Assembly (NCBI RefSeq): GCF_000150275.1
Contig: NW_002060944.1
Location: 8,828,159 to 8,892,158 of the forward strand
Length of the DNA: 64,000 bases
Source: Trichoplax adhaerens
Lineage: Eukaryota > Animalia > Placozoa
Reading direction: 5' to 3'
Positions 1 to 13,900 of this stretch are shown here, piece by piece (the first letter of the stretch is position 1; each line of letters opens with the position of its first letter). Made by a program: the position numbers and the translations under genes. The notes beneath the pieces are model-generated. The model was not told the origin of the DNA, searched no databases, and saw nothing but the letters and a program-made list of their open reading frames with translations.

Positions 1-133
1 ATTTTTCGCTAATTATTAAACAAATAACTAATTTAAGAGACAGGGCATCCTTAATTAATGATTCACCAATCATGGTGTATGATAGCTAGACTATTTTTGT
101 CTGCTATACCTCCAAAGTAGAATAATAACTTAC

Positions 134-3100
134 TTATGGCGATGACAGAACTCTGTTTAGTTATGGAGCCGTCCCCATAATTTCCTACACACTTATAATC
201 TCCGTTGTTCGCTAGGGCCAAACTCTTGAAAATTAAGATAGACTGTACGAGAGTAGGGTTGCTAGGTAGGTTAGAATTAGTAATAATAACATTGCCACCA
301 TTCGTTATTTGAGCACCATTCTTAGTCCATGTCAGTACTGTGGAAGGGCGAGAAGTTGCTTGGCATGTCAAGCCAACCATTGCACCATAAATATAAGTTG
401 TCGTATTGCTTTGGGCTGTGACACTATTTAGAGGGATGTCTGAAGTGAAGTAAAACAAACGTAAGTTTACCCATCGCACCTACACAGTCAAATTATCGCT
501 GTTTTATGCATTACGGTTGTAACAATTTGATCTTTAGTAACTCTCGATCATAACATCATATTTCCAAATTTACTTAGAAAATAATATAGAGATCTATTAA
601 ATTAGCTTCGTAGGTAGCAATACTTACCAGGTAGCCTAGTTTCGCACTGAAGCCCCGTATAGTATAAGTTGCAACTATTTATAAGAAATATTAAAATAAG
701 TTATTATAATAGCTGATTGTCTATCAACAACGTTAGAAAATGACTCACTCAATTCTTTAAGTGTCTGTAAAGAACAAACGCTGAATTTATTCGGCATAAA
801 CATTAACCGATTTACCTGCATAGGAGTGCATTGTTTTCATTATTTGCAGGACTACATATTCCGTTATTATTACAGTATTCTGGAGAACAAGTCATTTCTA
901 TTTGATGCATCCACAACATTTGAAGTAGAATATTTGAGGAAAAGTGTAATGCAAATCCATGTACAGGTATAATTATAAGTTAATGAAGCTCAATGTTAGC
1001 AAGATTAATGATGCATTATTAAAAATTCTTAACAGTATAGAATATATAACTACATGTGCTGCACATTATGTAAGTATTTATTTATAACAGCATTAAAATT
1101 AATGGAAGCAACTTACTTATAGTAAATGGAAGGCTCTGCACTATTACACCATTTTGAGTGCGGTTACTAATGCACTTATAATCTCCGTTATTATTGAGTG
1201 TTAACCCATTTATGATAAGATTTGATTCCGCTAATGTAAAATTTGAAAATGGAATGGAATAAGTGATCATAATGTTTCCTCCGGCTGTGATTGGTACATC
1301 ATTTTTAGACCACGAAAGTCCCGATATAGGACGTGATTTCACTGCGCAAGACAAGATGATGTGCGCTCCAAAAACGTAGGAAGAAGTGTTGCTGATAACA
1401 ATCACATCGTTTATTGGGATGTCTAGAATGTTTTAAAAGCAGTATTTATCATGGTTAACTAGACTTCGTATACCATAATCACAGCTAACAAGATAGACCT
1501 GTTTCTGGATTGGATAACGACTTTTATAATTTAAGCTTAATTCTACAGGCGACTATGACACAAGTGCATAGGTAACATACCGGTAAGCTTGGTTTCGCAA
1601 TTAGCTCCTGTAAAGTATCGATCGCAACTATTAAACAGAAATAGAAGAAAGTATGTTTAGTACGGTTTTTATTGCTTAGTGAATTAATATTTCCAATTAG
1701 TGTCAATGTTGTTTAAAAATTGTGTAACCATTCATGCGTTCAGTATTGTTGGTACCAGGGTGCACGTGAAATACAGATTAATCCTACTCTATCATGTTAT
1801 TTCGAAATAAGGAAACTTTCGTATTTACCTGCATTGCAGTAAATCACCATTATTTACGTTACTACATACACCATTGCCACTACAAAATTCCGCTGAGCAT
1901 ACCATTTCTATAAAGAGTATTATTACCGCAATAGTATTAGAAAATTTTCGTAAAACTACGTGTAAGATCAAAAAATATTAAGCTTATACGCGTATACAGT
2001 AACTTAACGATTAGCTATCCCTTACTAGAATTCACTACGCTGAGATTAAATACGGTATACTGGTTTACAATCAAATAAAATTTCTTAATATTTTATTAAG
2101 ATTACATTTATAAGAGGACTACTAGAACTTACTAATAGGTATTGCTGAACTCTGAATGATCGCACCATCATGGCTATAATTACCATTACATTTATAAGCT
2201 CCGTTGTTATTAAGGGTCAGAGAATTTATAGTGAGCATCGATTCTGCTATTGAGGTATTCAATGATGACATTAAATTTGCAATCATGACATTGCCTCCAC
2301 CAACAATTGGAAAGCCATTTCTAGTCCATGTAATTGCTGATCTCGGGCGAGACACTGCTAGACATGTCAAGGTAACATTTGCACCGTAAATATAAGTAGC
2401 AGCATTACTTGCGAGATTGACGGTAGTTAAGGGGACATCTTCAAAATTAAAATAATACAATAGTCGTATTTAATATTCGATAAATAGAAAACGTTCAAGT
2501 CCATAAATGCGTAGCTAGATATACATAATTAATGAAGTATAGAATAATCTAGAATTATCTTGATTTGAATCAGTTTTAAATTAAATATAATCAAGTCAGT
2601 AAAGATAATAACACATATAAAGTATTAAATACATACAATACACGTTTTCGCAGCGAAGACCAGTGTAATCTTGATTACACCTGTTTGTAGCAAAATAATA
2701 TGATTAAGAAACGAGCGGTAACAAATGTCGGTCTGCAGGTGCAGCTAATTTAATTTACGCTAGAATGATTTGAGATGGTTTTAGAGGGCATAGTTTCTAT
2801 ATAGCAATAAAGGTATATTCGGTAATCGAAAACTTATGATATAAGGAATCATACGGCATGTTATTTGTGCAAATTATACATATGCGTAAGAATTTATTCA
2901 AGAGCTTTAGTAAGCTATACATGCATATCATACCTACAAGACGGAATACCATTAACGGAATTGCATTGACCGTTACCGTTGCACAAATAAGGTGAACATG
3001 TTACGTCTGCAACATTAACAAACAAATAGCATTGGACAGTATAAAAGCATTTCATAATGAAGATATACTAGATGCTATCATTTAATAGACAGCGTTGCTT

Positions 3101-4906
3101 AACGTACTGAGAAAAAAAGAATCTGTGAAAGAAATAACTTTAAAATGATGCACATGATCATAGTTAGTGTAAGATAAGATGACTCATAATAGAAATAAAA
3201 CATACTTTATTAAGGATATTCGAAAGGTATAGCAAAATTATTTCTAATTTTAAAGGTGATATTTTGCAGAATAGAGTAGATTTTATGACTGCAATACGGT
3301 GGTTTTGCTAAAGCTGTAATAAATAGTGACGATTGCTTGATGAGTAATAGAAACTCGTCATTAGTTGTCAATATCCTTCAGAGTTACATTATCTATAGCA
3401 AAAATAAGGTTGCATTGTCTGGGTTTTACGCTGCATGTTTTGGTGTAATGATTAAAAGTCATCATTTTCTGAAGCTAAAGTGGTGTGGAAAAATCAGCAG
3501 ATGTGAAGATGTGCTGATATCAAGTTGATTTGCATTGAATCGAACAAAATTTATGAAGCTTTTTAGTTGTAATAGTTTCAACTTTCGATACATTGCTAGT
3601 AATACCTATGAGCGTTAAATACATTTAGCAAAGTAATGAGATTTAATTACTAATGCAACATACTTATCAAGACAGGATTGCTAGTCACTGATGTGCCTGT
3701 AACTAACTGCTTGGCTGTGCAGCTATAAGTGCCAATATCGTTGAAGGACCGCATCATAAATGACAAAAATGATATCGATTGATAATAACTACTGCCTACA
3801 ATTTGGGAGATGTTGTATTTGTTTCCAGATTTTAGTTGAACGTTGCCTTTATACCAAGATATGTCCGACAATGGATATGAAAGAGCTTCGCAAGTCAGAC
3901 CAACATTTTGAGATAAATTGTATGATACAACATTTGATTTTAAGGTGACTATTCTCAGAGGTACACCTATTGTAACATCATAAGACGTCATTTTAATACG
4001 ATTATCACAAGTACTAGAATCGTATTTAAGTAGTCACCATGACACAAAATGTAGAATTATTCTGGCGTTGTAAATAAGTAAGCTATGTCTGTTAGCATAT
4101 TAGCACCACTATCAGTTACATCATGAATAAGCTTTAAAAATACGTACTTGTTCTTTCCCTTCGCAGTATGTTCCAGTATAACCATCATTACAACTGCTAT
4201 TGATATCAGTGAACAGTGAAATTTAGCAATTGAAATTATATTAATACTCGGTAACTGTTCATAGAAATAACTTAAACGCTACGCCAATTAAGGGTACCTG
4301 CATGACGGCCTACCGTTCGCAATTGTGCATTGACCATGATTACTGCAAAATTGTGGTGAACAAGTGAATTCTGAAAAATATTAAATACGTAAGGCTGACT
4401 AAGAATAACAGTGATGAAGACAAATTATGACATATACCGAAGCAATAGGTTGAAAAGGACTTCAAATTTTAATTTTTAAATATTAAGAGTATTTAAATAA
4501 AGATACAATAACTTATTCGTAGTAACAAGACTTTATACAGTAATAGCGATTGAAGAACAACTTCACTTTTTCTCAATTTAAGCAAATTAGAAAGTCCTTT
4601 GAAGTTACCTATATTTATGACGTTACTACGTATAATTCTACCGTTCGAATCCATAGCATTGCATTCATATTTTCCATTATCTTCTCGCATTACGTCATTA
4701 AAGTTTAGTATCGATTTGGCAATATATCCAGACATGCTACTGGTTGCAAATCCAATATTAGCAGCAGCGATAACCTGAACATTGTTCTTGGTCCATGATA
4801 TCGTTGCTAATGGATTAGAATATGCCATACATTGCAGAGATAATTTTTGGCCAACAAAGAAATTCGTGGCGTTTACTTGTAACGTAACCTGAGTTAAGAT
4901 TATTTC
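134..4906 (-). CDS. Ig (I-set/C2-like) and EGF alternating region of the left mosaic gene
   Basis: Five ~300-nt Ig exons, separated by EGF modules each split over two small exons by a phase-2 intron (e.g. ~4298-4371 + ~4148-4196; ~2934-3006 + ~2637-2681; ~1829-1907 + ~1581-1628; ~815-897 + ~628-675). Confidence 0.88.
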
Positions 4907-7900
4907 TACAAAGGGATAAAAATCCGGTATAAGATAAGGCCATCGCTGAAGTGATAAACATGCTTAACGATTGGCGTGTTTTCTTTACCCAAACGTCAAG
5001 ATTTAATTTTAAATTCCTAATAGATAAATAACTTCTGTACCCAGTATGTAAGTTAATTTTACCTTCTGAACATGTACTTCCATTCCAGTACCCTGCATCA
5101 CAGAGGCAAGTAAAAGTTTTAGCCGGTTTCAGCACATCGATGCATGTTGCATTGGAATTTCCACAAGGAGAACTAAGACAAGCGCTAATCTCTATTAACG
5201 CAAAAAGAATGATCAGTGCTTTCTACATAGCGAAATAGAACATAATTCTTAGTTGATAAGCGAAAATGTAACGAATTTCCTTCAGCGTTTTATTATCAGT
5301 TAGCAATCCATGGCTTATCATACATATTGCATTAATTCACTGGTCTTTATAATATGATGATTTATGCATATAGTCTTAGCAATAAAAAATCAGATCGTTT
5401 TTCGAAATCAATGTGCAATTGTATCTTTTTGAAGCAAACTAGATAACTACGGTGTAATCGATTTTGCTTTAGCTTTAAAAATTGACTATTCTCGTATTAA
5501 TAAACAACAGTTATAGTTTCATAGTTCAAGATTTGCCACTGAAATCGATCTAAATTTTTCACGTAGTGAAAAATCTAAAAATTTTAAAATCATTTACTAA
5601 TAAATAATTACTAGTAGGTGACAAAGAACGCTTAAAGATTACAACGTGAAGACGTAGCTAAGCTGGAAAATCAGATGCACGAATGCATAACTACGGAGCG
5701 ATAGTCTGAGTGGCACAGCAATATGTAATTCATCTTGCATAGTAATTTTAGCGATTTATGTGGAAGAGTATAATGCTATCTAAATAGCTTAACCCTCACC
5801 TGATTGACAAACGTAACTTGGTTGTTCGAAAATCACGAAAGCATTAAAAGAATTGTTAGTAAATCTCTTAGTTTATTTCAACGTGTATTTATATTCACAA
5901 AACCTGGAGTATAATTATTAATTTAATTGCCAGCGAACACACACCTAATAATAATATATACTTAATAGCAATAAGAACTTACTTGGGAGGTAACTGGATA
6001 ACGCCAGTAATACTTGTATCTAAAGGTAGATCTATAAATATCCAAGGAAAACGATATTAATTACTGAAAAGCTAGATTTCATGTTAGCCTACGTTTTTAT
6101 TATTTTATTTCCTATTTCAAACTTACCTGCACAGAATGCTTGAGCACTCATATTAGCAGAACATTGAGATAATTCACTTGCACCATTACTCTGGCTACAA
6201 TTAGCTAGATTAGGTTCATTGCCTAAGCAATCAATCCGACCAATCAAAGTTTCTAAACGGCTAGAACCACAACATTGACTGCGCAACTGTGTTTCAGTAA
6301 ATCCTAGCTGTCTACAAGCTACTTGAGCATCCTGGAATTGCCAATGGTTGGCACATACCTTCCCCCACTTCTTACCATCATACACTTCGACTTGGCCTTG
6401 ATTATACATTATGGATCCGGTCAAACGAATGCCAATTACATTCGAGTCTAAAAGCGATTTGCAAGTAATATACAGATCTATTAGATATAAAAGTCCCTTA
6501 AATAAGTTATGGACTTCTACTTACAAAATAGACAGTTGTATCCACTGTAGCCATTTGGACATTCACACGAATAATAACCAACGAAATCTTTGCATACTGC
6601 TCTACCGCCGGCCATTAATGTGCAAGGGTTACTAGCGCATTCATTAATATCTACCGATTTAAATTCAAGTATACATGAATATCAGAGGATCTATTGCCTT
6701 ATGATCTTTCAATAAAATACTGACTTAATTAAATAGAAAATTTATGCCAGCGGGGATAGATTAGGTAATAGTAAAACTTCTGTAACTTATCGATTTCAAG
6801 AATGTAATTTTGCAATTAGTCGTGTTATTTCTAGGGAAGTACTTTTTATAGCCTTGTACCTGTTTCGCAGTTAACTCCTGTATATCCAGTATTGCATTGA
6901 CAAATATAGTTGTCACTTTGACCCACTGGCGTACATACACCATGATAATTGCAGGTTTGTGGATTGGTATCGCAGTAATGATCTAACAGTAGTAAGATCG
7001 AAATTCTTGAGCTTTAGTCAAATGTAAAGCGATTTAAAGTAGTCTAAGAAATCTTAGTTCATTGACTGGTATCGGAATAATCATAACTATTCAGCAGCAC
7101 CATAACTCAATTAAACTAATAGATGATAAATTATATATCATCATTCATTTTCCTAACTTTTTGTAACAATTAACAAATCAAATATCAGCAATTATTGCTA
7201 ATGCTAATAAGGTTAATGTTTACCAGATTTATGATTAGAATTAAGAAATAAATAGTTATCGGAAAAATAACTAACTGTTGCATTCGATGGTCACATCCAT
7301 GTCGTGTGTACAATTAGAATTAGCCGGTACATTCCGTAAGCAATTGAGAGGTGTAGTTTCGTCGCCATTACATTGCAAATTATCGAATAAGATTTTCCCT
7401 TTGCCACTTCCGTACATCGATGAAGAATAAATAGTTGTTACATTGCCATAACCAGCCGCTCTGCATAGCACCACTGCAGCGGTAAAATCTATGCCAGTGT
7501 TACATATAGTTCCCCAATAACCATTCTGGTAGACTTCTACATAGCCAGTACCGTTAATGTTGCTATTGCCACTTATTCGGACTGCCCCATTCGGAATAAC
7601 TCCGAATTGACATCTATCACCGTAATATCCAGTCGGACATTGACAATAATAAGACTCTCCATTTAGCAAAGTATGGCATGTTGCGTTATTGGAACACACG
7701 CCTGCATCACACCAATTGCCTTGACATTCAACGCTAACAACCTCATAATTAAGGCAATTGGAACTTCCCCATTCTTTATGTTGGCACTCGGATAAAGCCG
7801 ACTCATTGCCAACGCAGACTACATCATCTAGCCAATAGTTATTCATTTTGCTACCGTACTTGGAACAACAAGCCCAACTTCGAGCATTTACAAACCCAAG

Positions 7901-10900
7901 TTGTTTGCAAGTAACATTGGCTGCTTTGATGTCAAATTTATCATCGCAAACTGGACCCCAAGTATTATTGAATTGTACTTCAACATTACCAGTGTAAGGA
8001 TTTGGTCCTCCGATTAGCCTTATAGGAACCACCTGTGCTACTGAAGAGTTAATTGAAAAGTTAATATGGTGCCGCTCATTAATTATTAGTCATATACAAT
8101 TAATAATTTAAGTTTCAAGAAGCATTAAATGACCGGTAAATTTTAATTTCAAGATTAAAATACAAGATAATTTAATTGGTTGAAAATTACAGTCTTCGCA
8201 ATTCTGTCCAGTAAAACCAGCTACACAGTTGCAATGATAATTCCCCGGAGAGTCATTAATACAGTCTCCTCCATATTTGCAAGGTGATGAATAACATGGA
8301 TCATCTGACATCAATACATCGAGAATGGTTAGTGCTAAAATATCACCAGTAAAAATATTACATAAGCAATTAAAATCTATGCAGTAGCCATCAAGTACCT
8401 GTACATTTAAGACCAATTAGCTCTGTATAATCACAAAATAATGAGACTTGCGTATTTAAATTGCAGTCTAAAATTGATGTTTCATTTCCAATGCATGTGA
8501 TACCAGCTAATTTCGTTATAAAAATTAGTAGATAGACAAACAATTAATTCGTTATTCTCAACTTTGGTGTATTTAAGATATATAGCATATACGAAAATGC
8601 GGTATGCACTAGTTTGTCTCAATAGTTACTCGTTGTTCGTATAAAAGGCAATTCTAATTATGTACGCAGCAATTCTAATAATTAAATTTTATGGTTGCGA
8701 TAAACCGCTACTTTACAGAAGCATTAGCAACACGCTATATAATTTATAAAAATTACATCATTCATATTAACTGTCGTTGTTTACAGGTGATTTCCTAATG
8801 AGTCAATAGCAATTAACAACCGTAGAACTTGTTGTCGAAGATAAAACCAACTTACAATATAATATCCTTCCTGATGCAGGACCATAAAAGCTATTTTGAT
8901 ACACAGATTGCAATACTGGATGGTTCAGCTTTCTACAAACAATTTTGGCCGCTGCATCGTTAAATGTATACCTATCACATACTGTGCCCCATGTACCATT
9001 TTGATATATTTGTAGGGTTCCAAAACTGATATCATTGTTTCCCTGCGACGATGTTAGCCTAACATCTCCATTTGTAGCTCCTATAATTTATTATAATTAT
9101 AATTTATTTTAAGGAGCATACTGGCAGAACTTATTACTATACAAGATGCTACTAATTAATTCGAATTATTAGGATTAAATTACAGACTTTCAGAACAATT
9201 TCTTCCGTGAAAGCCTGGTGGGCAATAACAACTGTAGCCATAGTTATGGTCAAAGCAAGTTGCGCCGATACCACATGGATTGGTGCTGCATTTCAGCTCT
9301 GTTAATGCGTTTGATATAATACGTTAGATAATACTTTAGACTATAATTTCATTAAAATATTAATTATTATAACAATGGAAGAGCCAATAAATAACTTAAA
9401 GCTTAAATGCTGCTTCATGAAAGCTTATTGATTGCTGAGGTTACTTAATTACCACAAGGAGTTAATTATAATTTTTTATACCGTAATTTGTGGGATATAC
9501 TCATGTTAGCAGTCATGTATATGAACGTGACCGTATAAAAATGATAATAATTCTCTATATTAAAAAACTATTACGTTATCAGGAAAACCACCATTACGCA
9601 TTATGTTAGCCAATGAAATCTTATTTATCAAACTGTTACTTTTCGTTTTACTTGCTAATGTACAACTAGCATAATGCTGGATAATAGCCAGCACATTGCT
9701 AAATATCGTGGCTCCAAGTACGATGCAAAATATATCAAAATAAGCTTTTCCAATCTTTTATACCACAACAATAGAATAAGTAAGTTATTATCAGAACTAA
9801 TCTAAATTTACATAAGAAATAATACAATACTAGTACGTATGTCTTACTTGTTGAACAATCAGGGCCAGTGTAGCCAAAGTCACAAACGCAAATATAATTA
9901 TTGATATTACCATTAACTAGCGTGCAGGTTCCTCTAAAACTGCACGGATAACTATGACAGGCATCATCTAGATTAGTTTAACCCAGTCAAAAAGCATTAG
10001 TTAGCAGAAGTAGCCCTTAACTTGGCACATTTGTGAACAAGAATAAAGAGAATTATAATAGTTATATAAAATGTTTTACTTGCGCAGGAAATTCTTACAG
10101 CATCATTTCGATTACATTGTGCTTGATTGTATGGCTTCAAGCTACAACTTGTTAACTTAGTTTCATTACCAACACAATCAACATCAATTGGCCAGTAGTC
10201 TCCTGAGTAAGTTCCGCAACAATAGTAATTTTTTACATCGTAAAATCCTAATTGTTTACAAGCTACCGTTGCTTCTACTTTAGAAAATCCGTCATCACAC
10301 AGCGCTTTCCATTCATTATTATTAAAAATCTGCAGTACTTTAGTAAAAAATCCAATTTCTTGTAATCGAAGTGATCCTTCAAGGACTAAAATTTTTGAAT
10401 TTAAAGAGCTATTTTTTATTACCTTATTTTTTAGTTATCATTATAGGCACGTGATAAAAACTAAATTAAATTAAAATGAAAATTAATTATCGGTCGCTCT
10501 TATGTCACCTACCGATTTCACAGTCTTTGCCTGTATACTGGGACGTACATTGGCAAAAATAATGTGATCCATCAGCAATACAAGTTCCTCCGTTTTGGCA
10601 AGTAGGCCGCTGACAATTGCTGGCTATAATTTCATTATTTACAAATACTAATTAAACTACCGAATACAGCTCAGTATAATTTAGTAAGTAGATCGCTAAC
10701 AATCATCGGTTATAATGAAGGACAATCACAGAATAACTAAAACTATAATGAATCAGTTCCATAATTGCCGGATAGTAATTAATAATGCCAGTTAATTAAT
10801 ACATTTAGGAAGATTATACCAATACATACAGAATTTATAACAATTAGATTCTTAGTAATAATGGAAGAAGCTAACAATTTAAATCGTACAAAATCTATTT

Positions 10901-13900
10901 AGAGCAATACCGAAGAAGAATTACTATAACGGGTTACTTACTGCTACACAATATGCTGACATCATTAGCATGGGTACAACCGGTAGCCACTGTATCAACA
11001 GGTTGCACATTGCAGGTTCTAACATTAAATTCATCGCCTTTGCAATTGGTAGACAATATCTGGGTAGAACTACTACCTCTACCGAAATAAGCACTTGGTA
11101 AAAACCTTGAAAAAGTAAGTTTTAGCTGGCGACAAATGGCTATCCCGTCATTAATTGTAGCCAGTTTCGCACATAGTGTTCCCCACTGATTGTTGTTATA
11201 AATCTCGACTCGACCTTCTGTTGCATTGGCACCATTGACTAGGCGAACATCGCCTTGTAAAGTGGGCCCTATTGATTAAATTACAAATAAATTGTATCGG
11301 TAAAAACGGTATATAATCATTGCTTTAATTCGCATCTGGATATTTTGTTCATTTTTACCAATATAATTTTCACACAAGGCTCCCGAATAAAATGCTGAAC
11401 AAGAGCATTTATAACCATAAAATTTTCTAACGCAGGTTCCTCCATTGTAACACGTTATACCATTGCATGGATTGAACGCTAGATAAGAGAGAGAGCATCA
11501 TTATAGCATTCCACTTTCCGTAACTGACATTATTTCATTCTGCTTTCCGTAACTGACATTATTTTAAATGCTAGCCATATCTTCATTGTTGATAACATAA
11601 AGAAAGTAGAAATTTTGATATACTTTGTAGTATTACTTTTATTCACTTATTTACTAACATGTACTGCAGTAAACTCCAACATCATCTTTGTGAGTACATA
11701 TAGATGATACGTTTGTTGATTCATAAGAGCAAGCAATCAAGGATTGTTCATAGCCTGTGCATTTGACATTAACCAAGCCAATCATGCCGGTTCCTGAATC
11801 GTAAAATGTGCCGTAGGAAAAAGCTTTGCCCCAACCTCGCTGCTGACAGACGACATTAGCAGCTTCAATAGAGAAATTTTTACTACAAACTGTCTGCCAA
11901 CTGCCTTGAAGGTAGACTTCGATACGACCTCGCTCGGCATCACCAACAGATTGAGGAATGATATTTACATCACCGTCTTTAGCTGGACCTGTAAAAATTT
12001 TTAGATATAAATTTACAAGAAACATTCATTACTAAAAGTTCTTTCCGGTAAGTGTGCAAGTTCAATAATACTCGTACACTCTACAAGTATCTAAATGACA
12101 ATTTATTAATGTAAGCTCTTATTACATTTCTATAATTTCATTATCTATAGCTGGTCATGTACTATAGTTTTATCATGGCTTTTTCCCATAGATAAGTACT
12201 ACTAACCATATACACATTTTCTAAACATCAAGACGTAATTTCCGTCATGCAGACAAGTATTATTATGCATTTATTTTAACCGTAGTGAAACTAAATCTAA
12301 ACTAGCCCTAATAACTTCTGCAAACTGTATTACGTAGAGAATTAAGATCTACGCATAGTACTATTAATCGAGTAATTGTAATTACCGTTTTCACAATTGA
12401 TTCCAAAATAATTCTGCGGACATTGGCAGGTATAGTAATTTTTAGGAAATGAGCTATGGAAATTAGTGCATTTACCACCGTTCATGCATGGATTACTATC
12501 GCAAACGGATATGTATTGGCAATAAAGACCATAAAACCCTGATTGACACTGACAATATTGAAAATGATAGGTTCTATCATTTACGACAGTCGTATTGAAT
12601 TTACAGTCTCCATTAACACAATTATTAGGGCTACAAGTAGTATCTAGAGTTGAAAAAACAAAAGAGAATTAATTAAAAAGAATAATCAAAATTAGCTAAC
12701 ATGAATTCATAAACTCACAGTAACATATTTTCAAAGGCTACAATGCAATTGAGTACGAAAATAAATGACTAACTTGAACAAGTGATCCTTGCACGACTGC
12801 TGCATTTGTTCGTATTTAAACCATAAGTGAAATTACACTGAGAAATACTGGTTTCCATGCCAGTACATTTTATGTCGTATACCCAAATTTTTTGATGGTG
12901 GTTAATATCAGAATAGCAGCATTGGTAATCTGTCGAAGTAGCATAGCCTAGTTGCCGGCACATGACTTCAGCTTCATTTGCAGAAAGTTTACTATAGCAG
13001 AATCCTCCCCAAATACCATCATGATAGATCAACGCGCCTCCTTTCGTAGTGTTACCACTGATTTCCATATTTCCCAATTTTAGTGTCCCATCAGGCGGTG
13101 TAACTTTTAATGGGTGAAATTACAGACGAAAAATTATTACCTTAGTACATTAGCATTAGCAGTCTATAGATAGATTGGGAGTTGAATATGTGCATCGTTA
13201 AGCTAGTAGCCGATTCATTAATTAGTCTAGACATTGCAATTTGATTATATTACGAAGGCACGCAGCTAAAGTTGAATAAAAGCATGTACAAACTAGCTTT
13301 AATTAATAATGAACTTGATACACTTTTTCAATTTACAGTAAGTCATTGGCTGTACTGGTCTGTAAGTGTAAGATTTTTAGAGAGCCGAAAATATAGCCAA
13401 TGTATATGTATATGAGAACTACAGCAGTTATCCTTAAACTGGAGGGGATCTCTGCTATTACGAATATCGACCTTAACGATTAAAAACGGTTACCGATAGG
13501 AGATTCGCACTTGCTACCAGTGTAGCCATCCTTGCAGTAGCAAAATCCGTTAAAACCTTCACTCTTGCAATATTTATTGTTAAAGGCGCATGAATTCACG
13601 TCTGTATTTCCACAATAACTGCCATCTTCATATGGATCATTGAAATTTGGGATATGTAAAATATGCAAATTCATTTAATTATTAATCATTATCTATTTAG
13701 TAATTAGTAAATAAATGTTGTTACTTACCATAACAATCAACATACAAATCTTGAGAATGATCATTACAATTTGAAGGAACGTTATACCAGCCAGGGGTAT
13801 TGCAATGAGCTATACTTAAATCGTTGGTTCGACAGTCGACATCAGTTAATAAAACTGGACCGTAGCCTGTAAAATACGTTGCTTTAGCTTGGTTAGATGC

